From the human T2T-CHM13v2.0 reference genome, Homo sapiens, in NCBI RefSeq assembly GCF_009914755.1, contig NC_060925.1: a stretch of DNA of 64,000 nt; one strand, 5' to 3'. The notes below the pieces were generated by a model. That model was not told where the DNA came from. It did not search any database and saw nothing but the letters and a program-made list of their open reading frames with translations. Positions within the stretch are counted from its first letter, which is position 1; each line of letters begins with the position of its first letter. Shown piece by piece: positions 26,101 to 38,494 of the stretch. The translations under genes and the position numbers were made by a program.

Positions 26101-26973
26101 CCATTCAGGAAATAGGCATGGGCAAAGACTTTATGACTAAAACACCAAAAGCAATGGCAACAAAAGCCAAACTAAACAAATGTGATCTAATTAAACTAAA
26201 GATCTTGGCACAGCAAAAGACACTATAATCAGAGTGAACAGGCAACCTACAGATGGGAGAAAAATTTCACAATCTATCTATCTGACAAAGGGCTAATATC
26301 CAGAATCTACAAAGAACTTAAACAAATTTACAAGAAAAAAGCAACCCCATCAAAAAGTGGGGAAAGGATATGAACGGACACTTCTCAAAAGAAGACATTT
26401 ATGCAGCCAACAAACATATGAAAAAAAGCTCATCATCACTGGTCATTATAGAAATGCAAATCAAAACCACAATGAGATATCATCTCATGCCAATTAGAAT
26501 GGTCATCATTAAAAAGTCAGGAAACAACAGATGCTGGAGAGGATGTGGTGGAAATAGGAATGCTTTCACACTGTTGGTGGGAGTATACATTATTTCAACC
26601 ATTGTGGAAGACAGTGTGGTGATTCCTCAAGGATCTAGAACCAGAAATACCATTTGACCCAGCAATTCCATTACTTGGTATATACCCAAAGGATTATAAA
26701 TCATGCTACTATAAAAACACATGCACATGTATGTTCATTGCAGCACTGCTCACAATAGCAAAGACTTGGAACCAACCCAAATGTCCATTGGTGATAGACT
26801 GGATAAAGAAAATGTGGCACATATACACTGCGGAATACTATGCAGCCATAAAAAAGGATGACTTCATGATTTCTGCAGGGAAATGGATGAAGCTGGAAAC
26901 CATCATTCTCAGCAAACTAACACAGGAACAGAAAACCAAAAACCACATGTTCTCACTTATAAGTGGGAGTTGA
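23154..26973 (+). pseudogene. L1 ORF2p pseudogene (inner element): endonuclease, RT and Cys-rich domains
   Basis: [71 protein letters not shown]; FADD reads FADN (25249-25260); multiple stops and frameshifts. Confidence 0.95.
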
Positions 26974-27188
26974 ACAACGAGAACACATGGACACAGGGAG
27001 GGGAACATCACACACTGGGACCTGTTGGGGGATGGGGGGGCTAAGGGAGAGATAGCATTAGGAGAAATACCTAATGTAGATGACGGGTTGACAGGTGCAG
27101 CAAACCACCATGGCACGTGTATACCTATGTAACAAACCCACACCTTCTGCACATGTATCCCAGATCTTAAAGTATAATAATAAAGAAA

Positions 27189-28685
27189 GATAAAATACCT
27201 AGGAATACAACTACCTGGGGAATTGAATGATCGCTACAGCAAGAATTACAAAAAACTGCAGCAAGAAATCAAAGATGATGCAAAAAAAAATGGAAGAACA
27301 TTCCATGCTCATGGACAGAAAAAAATCAATATTGTTAAAATGGCCATATTGCCCCCTGAAAACTTACAGACTCAATGTTATACCTATCAAATTACCAATG
27401 ACATTCTTCACAAAACAGAAAAAACTATTCTAAACTTCATATGGAAACAAAAAACATCCTGAATAGCCAAAGCAATCCTAAGCAAAAGAACTAAGCTGGA
27501 GGTATTACATTACCTGTCACTGAACCATAATACAGGCTATAATAACCAAAACAGCATGGTCCTAGTACAAAAGCAGTCACATAGACCAATGGAATAGAAT
27601 ACAGAGCCCAGAAATAAAGCTGCCCACCTACAACCATCTGATCTTCAGCATAGTTGATAAAAACAAGCAATGGAGAAAGGAATCCCTATCCAATAAATAG
27701 TGCTGGGATAATTGGCTAGTTATATGCAGAAGATTGAAACTGGACCCCTTCTTTACACCATATACAAAAATCAAGTCAAGAAGGATTAAAGACTTGAATG
27801 TACAACCTGAAACTACAAAACCCCTTGAAGAGAACCTAGGAAATACCATTTTAGACATGGGCCCTGGCAAAGATTTTATGCCAAAGATGCCAAAAGCAAT
27901 TGCAACAGAAACAAATTGACAAATGGGACTCTAAATGAACTAAAGTGCTTCTGCACAACAAAAGAAACTATCAACAGAGTAAACAGACAACCCATCTCAC
28001 ATAGGTCAGAATGTCTATTGTTAAAAAAGTCAAAAAATAACAGATGCCAGTGAGGCTTCTGAGAAAAGGGAATGCTTATACACTGTTGATGGGAAAGTAA
28101 ATTAGTCTAGCCACTGTGGAAAGCAGTTTGCCAATTTCTCAAAGAACTTAAAACATAACTACCATTCAACCCAGAAATCACATTATTACATCTATACCCA
28201 AAGGAATATAAATCATTCTACTATAAAGACACATGGATACATATGTTCATTGCAGCACTATTCACCATAGCAAGACTTGGAATCAACTTAAATGTCCATC
28301 AGTGGTGGACTCGATAAATAAAATGTGGTCCATATACACTATGGAATACTATGCAGCCATAAAAACCATGAAATAACATCCTCTGCAACACAGAGGAAGC
28401 TAGAGCCCATTATACTAAGTGAAATAACACAGTAACAGAAAACCAAATACCACATGTTCTCACTTATAAATGGGAGCTAAACATGGACACAGAGAAGGAA
28501 ACAGTGCACACTAGGGACTACTTGAGGGTGGAGGTTGAGAGGAGGGTAAGGTTGGAAAAACTACCTATTGTATACTATGCTTATAACCTGAGTGATGAAA
28601 TATGTACACCAAATCCCTGCAACACACAATTTATCTATAGAACCAATCTGCACATATACCCCTGAAATTAAAAGTAAAAAAAAAA
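27189..28685 (+). mobile_element. L1PA15-like LINE-1, 3' part (ORF2 C-terminus, 3'UTR, poly-A)
   Basis: Resumes at ataaaatacctaggaatac; 3'UTR gactacttgagggtggagg...aaaaactacctattgtatactatgcttat...tgtacaccaaa matches L1PA15; A-tail ends at 28685. Confidence 0.9.
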
Positions 28686-28689
28686 TGAC

Positions 28690-28900
28690 CCAGATAAGTC
28701 ATTATATTCATGGTAAATCACTAGAATCTTTCTATATTAACATTAATATACTATCAATATTTTATAGATATTTAGCTAGTTACTAGGTCTAATTATGCTC
28801 CCTTTCCTACCCAAGTTTTCCATCAGTATATTATTTTTAAAAGTCAAATACTGGGCTGAAATTATATTCATACATATGTCAGGCCTTCCAAATTACCCAA
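28690..28900 (-). mobile_element. CR1/L3 remnant (right part)
   Basis: cactagaatctttc..., ttttccatc..., gtcaaatactgggctgaaatt...atatgtc continue the antisense CR1 RT sequence interrupted at ~15315. Confidence 0.5.
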
Positions 28901-30429
28901 TACTCTATTTATTTTCTTTTCTTCTTCACAGGGCAAGTTCTATGAAATTGCTCAATACTCTCAATCAGTGTCTATTAACATAGTAAAATGTATGAATACT
29001 AAGTTTGATGTGAAGTTTTTAATATTATTTTTCTGGGCATTCAATTGTCATTCTTTGAATAATTTCTTCCAGATTGTTTATAATCTCTGTCATCTTCAAA
29101 TTCTTAATGTCTTTGTAACAGACCTATTCACTGTAAGATTTGCTATACATTTTAGGTACTTTTTTATATTTTTATGTGCTCTTTCATTTTTTAACCTCCA
29201 TTGGAATATGGATTAAGACTTTGTATTCTCCAATCTAAATATTTCTAGACAAACTATAGGTTCTAGACCTGGAATAGTGAGTAAACACATATTTGATGTT
29301 TGATTGGATGTGCTTATCTCAATAAAATATTTCTGTTTTTTTCCAACTGGATTCAAGGCAGGGGGGTTATGGTCTCACAGTATATTTCTAGGCACTGTAT
29401 AGGCACAATCTTACTGTGTATCTGTGCTTCTGGCTACCATATCCACTCTTTCAAGAAGTGAGGAAAGACTTAGTCTTAGCAAGTGTGAGAGAGGTAGAAA
29501 GATAGACAATCCACTTCAATATTGATGAAGAGGTGGATGTGATATAACAGTAAACTTAAAAGTCTACTTAGTTTCCAAATAAAGTACATGGCTACCAATG
29601 GTAGAAACAGGGAAGAAAATCAAGTGGATTTTGATTTCCCAAAATTATTAAACTATTGCTCTAGATACATAACACAAGACAATTTCTTTAATAATAGTTC
29701 ACTTTGAGTAAATAAGTCTTTATTCTGCAATTTTAGAGCTACCAACGTCTTTAGCATCAATTGTAAGAACAATATTGCACCTCATAGATATTAGACAAAC
29801 TCGGAATTTAGATCTTAGGTTTGCATCACATCAAATGCCTGCAGTTGGCACTTTGATAAAATAGGCAGCATCAGAACTATGATAGTTTTTGAGATATAAT
29901 TAATGCTGTAGAGTTACAGTGTAACACATTAATTGTGGGAGCTTATATCTGATGAAGAAAGATTAAATGTTTGTACTTCTTTATTATCTTAAAATATTGT
30001 GTGTATCAAAATTAGGCCCTAGGCCATCTGTTAAACGGGAAAAGTGACTAGCCCTGGGCTTGTTATAATATTAATGCTATAATATCTAGAATTATTACTC
30101 CAATACATAGGAAAAATTGGTGTAATTTATAAAGAGAAATTAAGTGTTATGCTATGAATACACTAGAAACTAGTATTAATGAGGTATAACATAAGTCAAG
30201 GATACTATACTTTATATAGATGGTTGCTTGAAATTTTTAAAATGTTTTAATAAGGAACATGACTTATTTTTTAAAAGTCTACCTGAAAACATTTACAGGC
30301 TGACTCATGAATATTTAAAAAGTTGATTGACATTCTTAGCTTATACATTTTATGTTATGTTTGCATTCCAGCATCTTTTACATTACAATATTTGAAATTA
30401 TTTTCAGTTGTTTTTCTGAGCAATCCTGA

Positions 30430-31245
30430 CTGACAGTAACCCTAATCTTGGCTCTCTCCCATTATTTATTCCTAGTACCTGTTTGCTTCATTGATGCCAG
30501 AGTGCCTTTCTGAATTGCGAATTTCATCATCTTACTTTATTCCTTGAAAGCTTCCACAACAACCCATTGCTTACACAGTCAAGTCTTATTTCTTAGCATT
30601 CACTGCTTTCACAGGCTGCCACTGGTTTTCTGTCCTGAGCTAGGACTACTCCTTGAGGTAATATATTAAATAGACACTCAGTCTACCACGTTCACGGTCT
30701 TCAGTTTGCTTCGAAATTATGTTTCCACATGCTTTTGTACAAGCTGTTGTTAACTCCCTTAAATACCTTTTTCTAATCCCACCTTGTAGGAAAGTTCAAT
30801 TCCTTCTTCAAAGCACAAGCAACAACTTCAAAAGCGAAGCCTCCCTTGACTTCTTCTCCCACTTCAAAGTGGCATTAATGACTGACCACTTATCACTCTG
30901 AACTACCACAAAACTGCATATCTTTATACCTATCTATTGATTGATCAGTCATTGCATATAGTCATTCCATGGTGAGAGCAATATAAAGGCTGTAAGTCTT
31001 ACAGGGCCCTTGAATTACTCATTTAAAAGTAATTTATTCGTTTCACTTTGTACTTATTATATATATGTTTACTAGGTGACCACTGACAGAAAATTATTTT
31101 CCTAAATTTGCACAAGATAGGTAAAAGGGGAGCATATGTGCCCCCTTTGATGTACCTCGTAAGATCTCTGCTAGGCTGGGAAATTATTGTGCGCACCCTT
31201 TGTATCTTCTTGAATGCCTGAATCTTACTAACATAGTCACTCAGC
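30430..31245 (+). mobile_element. L2 fragments
   Basis: tgccagagtgcctttctgaa...catcttac...cccattgcttacac...tccttcttcaaagcac...aagcctcccttgact; degraded 3' end at ~31150-31245. Confidence 0.65.
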
Positions 31246-31689
31246 AGCTACTTTTTCTGCTTATTAGCCTTCTAGAGCTACCTAAGTTCCTAGTTGCCTT
31301 CGAATGTGGACGCTTACTTCCTATTATTTTTCTGAATTCTTGGTATAATTTTAACCTATTCCTTTTGGTCTAATTTAGGTAGAGTCCATTTTTGTTGCCT
31401 GCTACCAACTTCAAATTGATATGCAAGCTTAAGAAAAATTGTGAGGCGTATGTTAGGAGATACATTGACTTGTCCAGGAAATTGTTGAGATCTGAGACAG
31501 TTGGCTAATCTCTTCACTAGAGGCATAGTAATATCAGATGCAGACTGGCTAAGGGACAAAAGTATAGACTCTCTTTAATTCCCAAAGTAGAAAAAAAAGC
31601 TATATTAACATTGCAAATAATTAAAAATTATTTATCTTACAGTTTTGGTAACATTGACAATTATAACGATGTATTATTTTAATTCAAGT

Positions 31690-31940
31690 AATGGAGAAGA
31701 GAAGTAGGTTTTGCTGAAGCATTATGGTTTAATTTTAGATCTGGTGGTTTGGAAGTGCCAATGGCACTTTATGTAGGTAATTAGAAGTATGCAGCTTGAA
31801 TATGAGTCTAAAGCTCAAGAAAAGGGTTGGAGCTCTGAATATTGGCTGGAACATTATCAACCTGTAGGTAGTAAGTTGAAGGCACTGGCTTATGAGAGCG
31901 GCAAAGGAAGTTGCTTATAGATAGCAATATGAATGGAAAC
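31690..31940 (-). mobile_element. L2 fragment
   Basis: gcagcttgaatatgagtctaaagctcaagaaaaggg...attatcaacctgtaggtagtaagttgaagg. Confidence 0.65.
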
Positions 31941-31957
31941 AAAGATACCAATATTTA

Positions 31958-32293
<336 letters not shown>

Positions 32294-32329
32294 AAAGATA
32301 CCAACATTTAAATGAATCTTTCAGAGATT

Positions 32330-33070
32330 TATATCTTTTTACTGAGAACGTCTATATCTGGATATTTATTTAAAAGAAATAACCCTAATTCCAGAAATAG
32401 TTCTATGCCCAAAAAATGTCCATCTCAGAGACAATTAAAATGTCTGCACAGTCCTTCTTTTAGAGGTGTTTGTTGAAATTCACAAGGGGCGCTCTCTCCA
32501 GCTGCCAGGTTTATCCATATGACACAAATCAGGCAAATCATATCTTCTTAAAATTTGAATAGAAGGGCATAGAAGCTGAGAGTTGGGAGTAGAATTTATT
32601 TCAAGAGCTGAGTGTAGGAGGAAAGAAAACACCATTTTCTATGGATAGCTTCACTCGGGACTGTCCAGTCTTAGACTTAACTAAAAACTTACACTTTTAC
32701 TTGAATTGGAAGTGGCATCCCAACATCCACCTAAAATATTCTTTCTTTTTAATTTTACTTAAACTGAGTCAATTTGATTTTTGTTACTCGCAACATTATC
32801 TTAACTAATAATGCAGTGTACATTATTTCTAATAGAGAAAAAATGTTAGTAGCCAAACAGTAGTAGAATATTTGTATATTATAGTGTACTTGCTAATCAA
32901 CAATTTGTAAATTATTAAAAGTAATATCTATAAAGAGCAACTAACAACCTGCAAAAACTTGTTATGCACAAATGTTAAAAAAATTAAAAATTGCTTCTAT
33001 AACATAAGAATAATAATAATTTTACAGCCTATACAGAGGAACAAAACACAAATGTTAATAAGAGTTGTTT
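32330..33070 (+). mobile_element. old L1ME 3' fragment interrupted by an MLT1-like LTR (~32440-32810)
   Basis: L1M-like atttatttaaaagaaataa / attatttctaatagagaaaaaat; the inserted piece ends tttacttaaactgagtcaatttgatttttgttactcgcaac...actaata (MaLR/ERVL LTR end). Confidence 0.45.
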
Positions 33071-33435
33071 TGGAAAAGCTTTTAAAAGTTTAAGGTAAAA
33101 ACAGCTGGCCAGGAGTGATGGTGCAGGCACCACCACTTATTTCTTTCTCAAATCTGCCTCTATCTACTATTTTCTATCTCCCCTTATGTCATTCCAAACA
33201 TCAAAGAAACCTTCTCTATGAAAGTATCTTTACTAGAAATTTATAAGGAGATAGAGGGAGTATGTCATATTGTTACACTACAAATTTACCTTATATGGTG
33301 TTGTATACTCAACATTCGCATTCTTTAGTGTTCTATAGACACTACCATGGTTCTACATATTTCTTTATTCCTCTTGCCTTCAAGACCTAAATAATGCCTA
33401 AATACTTGCATGTCTTAAATGAAGAATAATTTACC

Positions 33436-33457
33436 TTTTTTTTTTTTTTTTTTTTTT
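33436..33457. repeat. T22 homopolymer
   Basis: Seen directly; flanked on both sides by ttacctttt. Confidence 0.9.
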
Positions 33458-33969
33458 ACCTTTTCTCTGGTTTACACAAGACATTAAAATCTTACCCCTA
33501 CTCAGTTGCCTTACTGAAATATTTTCCAAAAATAATAAACTCATCTGCCTAAGAAGAATTCAGATGACAATTTTAAGATAATTTTAAGAGACATTTTTAA
33601 CTTATTAATCCATGTATTCATTAAAGTACATATTTATCGATTTTTCTATTTTTAAAACTTGATTTATATTGGCATTGTTATGCCCTATGACATATCATTT
33701 ATACACCAATTATAGTTATTTTAAAGTTCCTAATGCAATATTTGGATTGTCTCAAAGTCTTGATTTTACACTGTTTATTTTCTTGACAATGGAGTCATTT
33801 TCTCCTTTTTTTGTGTGTGTATCTCATAGTTTTCAATGCTCGATATTATTTAGAAGAACTGTAGAGAGTGAAATAAATAATATTTATGCCTGGAAATGAG
33901 CATATTTCTTCATTAGACTGTTAGTATGTGGGTGGTGGAAAATGAGGGGAGTGTAAATTAATCTATGTG

Positions 33970-34290
33970 GAGTCGCTCCCCCTCATCTGGGGGAGACACA
34001 TTCCAAGACCCCACTGGATGCCTGAAATCACGGATAATGTCAAACTCTGTGTATGCTATGGTTTATTTCCTTTACATACATACTTATGATAATGTTAAAT
34101 ATATAAATTAGGAACACTAAGATATTAACAATAATACAGTAGAACAATGATAACAATAAACTATAATAAAAGTTATGTAAATGTGGGATCTATCTGTCTT
34201 TCTCTCTCAAAATATCTCAATATTTTCAGACCATGGTTGACCATAGGTAACTAAAATCATTGAAAGTGAAATCATGGATGAGGGGAGAAT
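33970..34290 (-). mobile_element. MER44A-like (Tigger7) DNA transposon MITE
   Basis: cattccaagaccccactggatgcctgaaatcacggata ... ttttcagaccatggttgaccataggtaactaaaa...gaaagtgaaatcatggatgagggg with degraded TIRs. Confidence 0.85.
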
Positions 34291-34602
34291 AAAGCATTCT
34301 CATAGCGGTCACCTGCTGCTCCTTGTGTTTAGCATAGGACTTGGTGTGCTGACGGGTTTTCTCGGTGTTTATGCTCCACTCTGTTTTATAAGACCCTGAA
34401 CATCTGCACTACAGAGATAGGTCTCCCTCCATCCTTTCATAGTTCTACATCAGTAGACTACTACCGTCTGTTGCTCTGTGTCAGGCTTATGGTAGGGCTT
34501 ATAGGGGAGCTTCTTGGTTCTCTTGGTTGAACCTCAGTATTAGGCAGGTTCTGTACACCTAAACTGCAAGGGTGGGACTTTCTTTGTATTCCTTCTTCTC
34601 TC

Positions 34603-35498
34603 TTCTGTTAGGGTTCTCCAGAGAATCAGAACCAATAGGAGAGAGAGAGAGAGATTGATTTTAGGAATTGGCTCATGCAATTATGGAGGCTTAAAATTTT
34701 TCATGATCTACCATTTGCAAGACGGAGAACCAGAAAAGTTGACAACATAAGTCAATACAATTCCAAAAGCTCGAGAACCAAGGATGCAGTATAAGTCCGG
34801 ATTGAGTTCAAATGGTTGAGATCCAGGAGCACCAATCTCTAATAGCAGAGGGAAATATGCACGCCCCAATTCAAACAGAGAAAGCAAATTCACCTTCTCT
34901 CTTTTTTGTTTTATTCATTCCTGCAACAGATTGGATGATCCCTTCTCACATTTCTAAGGATGGTCTTAACTCAGTCTAATGACCTAAATGTGAATTGTCT
35001 TAGTCCTTCTTTTTGTGATATCACAACAGAATACATGTGACTTCATAATTTATGAAGAACAGGAATGTATTTTTCATAGTTCTGGAAGCTGGGAAGTCCA
35101 AGATCAAGGTGTCAGTTGGTTCGGTTGTCTGGTGAGGGCTGCCCTCTGCTTCCAAGACAGCACCTTGATGCTGCATCCTTTGGAGAGAACACAGGCTATA
35201 TTCTCACATGGCAGAAGGCAGAAAGGTAAAAGGAACAAGCTTCATGCATCAAGCCTTTTATAAAGGAACCTAATCTCATCTATAAGGGAAAACACCACAT
35301 GGCCTAATTTCCTCTTAAAGACCCCACTCCTTAATACTGTCCCATTGACAATATCTGGATTTTGAAGGGGGCACATTCAAATTATAGTACTAATCTCTTC
35401 CAGAAACACTCTCACAGACACATCCAAAAATGATGTCTGATCAGCTATCTGGGCATCCTTTAGCCCAGTCAAGTTGACACATACAATTAACCGTCAAA
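34603..35498 (-). mobile_element. MLT2B-like ERVL LTR, split by an MST LTR
   Basis: ttagggttctccagagaatcagaaccaatagg start; gcccagtcaagttgacacatacaattaaccgtca end. Confidence 0.85.
34996..35389 (-). mobile_element. MSTD/MSTC-like MaLR solo LTR
   Basis: tgtcttagtcc...agttctggaagctgggaagtccaagatcaagg...cacattcaaattatagta; degraded 5-bp TSD tgaat/ctaat. Confidence 0.85.
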
Positions 35499-35890
35499 AC
35501 CCAACCTTAGCAGCCAAACTTTGTCTTGTATCTGTGGATGGTCTTGGGTGGTAGAAAATTTCCTATCCTTCCCTCAGTCGTAGCAGACATCCACTTATAT
35601 CAGTACTAGATTTTGTGCCCAAGTGGGTTTCCTGTCCCTTTCCTAGGGACAGATGTATTTGACTTCTACCTGTCCGTCAACAGCAGAGCACCTTTGCCTG
35701 AGACCAGTGGCAGGAGGGTTTCCTGCTGATTCACAGTAGTTGAATATGGTTGATGCTACTTGGTGCAATAGTTGTTAGACAAACAGAAAAGTTTCACTCC
35801 CACCTCAGAGGGATACAGTTTTGCCTCATGTGAAGAAGAGTCTGAGAAAGTGAGCAGGGTTCTGTACCTGTCTGCCCTGAGGGGAACTTT

Positions 35891-35976
35891 TTTCTTTTCT
35901 TTTTTTTTTTTTTGAGATGGAGTCTCCCTGTGTTGCCCAGGCTGGAGCGCAGTGGCGCGATCTCGGCTCACTGCAA
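35891..35976 (-). mobile_element. severely 5'-truncated Alu (about 63 bp of right arm plus tail)
   Basis: T-tail followed by gagatggagtctccctgtgttgcccaggctggagcgcagtggcgcgatctcggctcactgcaa; TSD gaggggaacttt (35879-35890) / gagggaaacttt (35977-35988). Confidence 0.92.
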
Positions 35977-36873
35977 GAGGGAAACTTTCTTAATTCTCTG
36001 GTTCTTTCCCTCTCTGTCAAGATTACTGGATGGAGGGCCACAGAAAAGGGACTGAATGAAGGGAGACTTGTTTTGTGTGTCTGGGGCTCTTGGGGATTCT
36101 GAACTTTTCCAGGAGTCTTCACTTGGTTTTTAATAATTAGTTAAGATTTAGCCACTTTCTTATTACCCACTTTTATTGTGGTTGCCTCTTCCTCCCATAT
36201 TCTGCCCAAAGTAAAAGGGTCAGTATATCCTGTCTCCTCAGAGGGGCTCAAAATTAAGTTTGCCTGGTTATCCTGTTACTTCAAAATTCTGATGTTTTCA
36301 ATAAAAGGTAAGATTGTATAGACTATCCAGCCTTTGTGTAGTTAGCATCAGAGAAATGTATTCCTGAGTTTGTACACATTCTAAGTGGAAGCAGAAGTCA
36401 TAACATACACAGAATATTGCCATTTATTATTTTTGACTCCAAAATGTATTATAAAAATATTTATAGGTAGTAGAACTGGATTTGATACTTTCATTTTAAT
36501 GACTGCATTGTAGTGCATAAATCATAAAAATAAACTAAGGTTTTTATATTAACATATTCACCTAATAAATTAAATAATTTATTATCTAATGGTAAAACGC
36601 TATATTAAAGTTAACTTTAAGCCACTAGCAAATGTAAAAAGGTTGGCTTTTTTTAAAAAAAGTTCAGTTACCAAAAGAAAAAAGAATTATATTAAATTTG
36701 CAGAATCAAAAATATCCCAAGGTAAAGAATATTTATTATACCTAAGTTAGGTAGGAGGTACAGATTATAGGAAATCTTTATGTCACTTGTTACACTAGAA
36801 TTGATGAACATAGAAAATTACAAATAAAATGTATTTTGAAAACTGTCAAATTTAATGATTACATATTTTATGC

Positions 36874-37586
36874 CATTACTGGCAGTGATTTCATACAGTT
36901 CTACAGCAACCTCAATTCTTCCCCCATCAGAAGAAAGAACTCAACTGAGGGGCATAAGGCAGAAGGAAAGACCAAGGCAAGTTTTAGAGCAGGAGCAAAA
37001 GTTTATTAAAAATCTTTGAGTAGGAATGAAAGGAAGTAACGTACACTTGGAAGAGGGCCAAGCAAGCAACTTGAGAGATCAACTGTGCTGTCTGACTTTT
37101 GACTTAGGGTTTTATATGATGGTATACTTGCAGGGTCTTTCATCCCTTCTACCCTGATTCTTCCCTTGGGGGGCGCTGTCCACATGCACAGTGGCTTGCT
37201 AGCACTTGGGAGGTGAGCATGCACAGTGTATTTACTGGAGCTGTAGGCATGCTCACTTGAGACATTCTTCCCTTACCAGTTGATTGGCCCTGGAAGGTCA
37301 TGTACCAAATAAATTCCACCATTTTGCCTGTTTAGCACACATGCTTGAGCCCACTTACCTACCTCCTGAGATCTTATCAGGAAGCTGCTGATCACCAGTT
37401 TCAGGTTTTTTTCTGTCTATCGGGAGGCTGCCTTTCCCTGGCACTGGCTGCAACCAATTATTATTTTAGAGAGACAGTGTAACAACTGCCTGACCATCAC
37501 TTGGTGGTTGCCTGATATTCCTGGTTGGGGTTGGGAGAGGGGCCTCTCCTGCCCTACTCATGTCTGACTAGCTACCTACTGTAACA
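36874..37586 (-). mobile_element. ERV1 solo LTR (MER50-like)
   Basis: Minus strand starts TGTTACAGTAGGTAGCTAGTCAGACATGAG; AATAAA present; 4-bp TSD atgc/atac. Confidence 0.8.
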
Positions 37587-38117
37587 ATACTAGGCTCTTT
37601 GCTAAGACTTGGAAGCAAAAAGCTTTTTAAATCATTTTTTTTCTGTATTTAGAGCTTATGTACAATGATATAAATCACAGACTAAACTAAACAAGGCCTT
37701 TATTGAGGCGTGCCATTGGAGTTTAGTTTTAAAGAATGAGTAGGCATTTGTCACATGCAGAAGAAAAGATTACACTCTTAAAAATGGTCACAATGCAAGC
37801 ACATGTGAAAAAAATTTCCTGAATTGAGGAGGCATCTTAAAGAAGTAACATCTACATTTTTGTCACATTTTTGTATGTATTTTTGCTATTAGTATAAAAT
37901 CTGGAAGCCCACTACTCCCAGTGCTAGTGGATAAATGACTAGACTAAGACTCACAAAACCATGGTTTTTAACAGCTTTAAAGGGATCTACATAAAACAAT
38001 CAGGGCACATAAAAGCAGCAATATCTTATATGCTCGTATTTTGCATTGGTAACATGTCTGTGACTTTTATTAAGTAAAGAAAGCCAGCAAGTGATTACTC
38101 TGATAAGAGTAAAATAG

Positions 38118-38490
38118 CTGATAGTTGCTAGGCTATGATGATATAACAAATAAACCTGAACATCTGAATAATTCTAAGTGTTGATGAGGTTAACATGGCC
38201 TACTTGTTTAGCTCTCATCTAAATGGTAGCTAAGGGATCTAAGCTGATCTACCATCATACAGCCTTTCACTTCCAGTCTAGAAGACTAAAGAGTTTGTGC
38301 ATGAAAAAGAAACACCCATACTTGACAGGCTTGGAATGGAAGTGACATATCACTTCTGCCTACTTGTCACTGATGAGGACCAGAAACATCTCCCCCACCT
38401 GATGCATGGGGGCTGAGAAATGTAGTTTCATTCTGTGCCCCAGAAAATGAAACAGTTTGGTGAACTCAGTATATTTTTTTCTATAACCAC
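38118..38490 (-). mobile_element. MLT1J/K-like MaLR LTR
   Basis: ggaagtgacatatcacttctgcc...cattg...ggctgagaaatgtagtt...ctgtgcccc. Confidence 0.75.
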
Positions 38491-38494
38491 CAAT

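Larger units (their letters stand above)
21091..27188 (+). mobile_element. L1PA7-like LINE-1, near full length (lacks roughly the first 0.3 kb), nested in the older L1
   Basis: 5'UTR gggtgcgtacaccgccagggccctgggtttcaagcac; 3'UTR ggagaaatacctaatgtagatgacgggttg...ttctgcacatgtatcccaga...aagtataataa carries PA7 diagnostics. Confidence 0.95.
33660..36400 (-). mobile_element. old L1M (L1MC/MD-type) 5' region, interrupted by MER44A, MLT2B/MSTD and a truncated Alu
   Basis: agaactgtagagagtgaaataaataatatttatgcctggaaatg; ends ggaagcagaagtc, the reverse complement of the L1M start gacttc(c/t)gcttcc. Confidence 0.6.

Noticed and set aside
23154-26973. Potentially active L1 reverse transcriptase
   Set aside because: ORF2 is broken into many pieces and the catalytic FADD reads FADN; ORF1 has lost its ATG.
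31119-31157. Imperfect hairpin aggtaaaagggg...ccccctttgatgtacct
   Set aside because: Too short and too mismatched for a pre-miRNA or MITE call.
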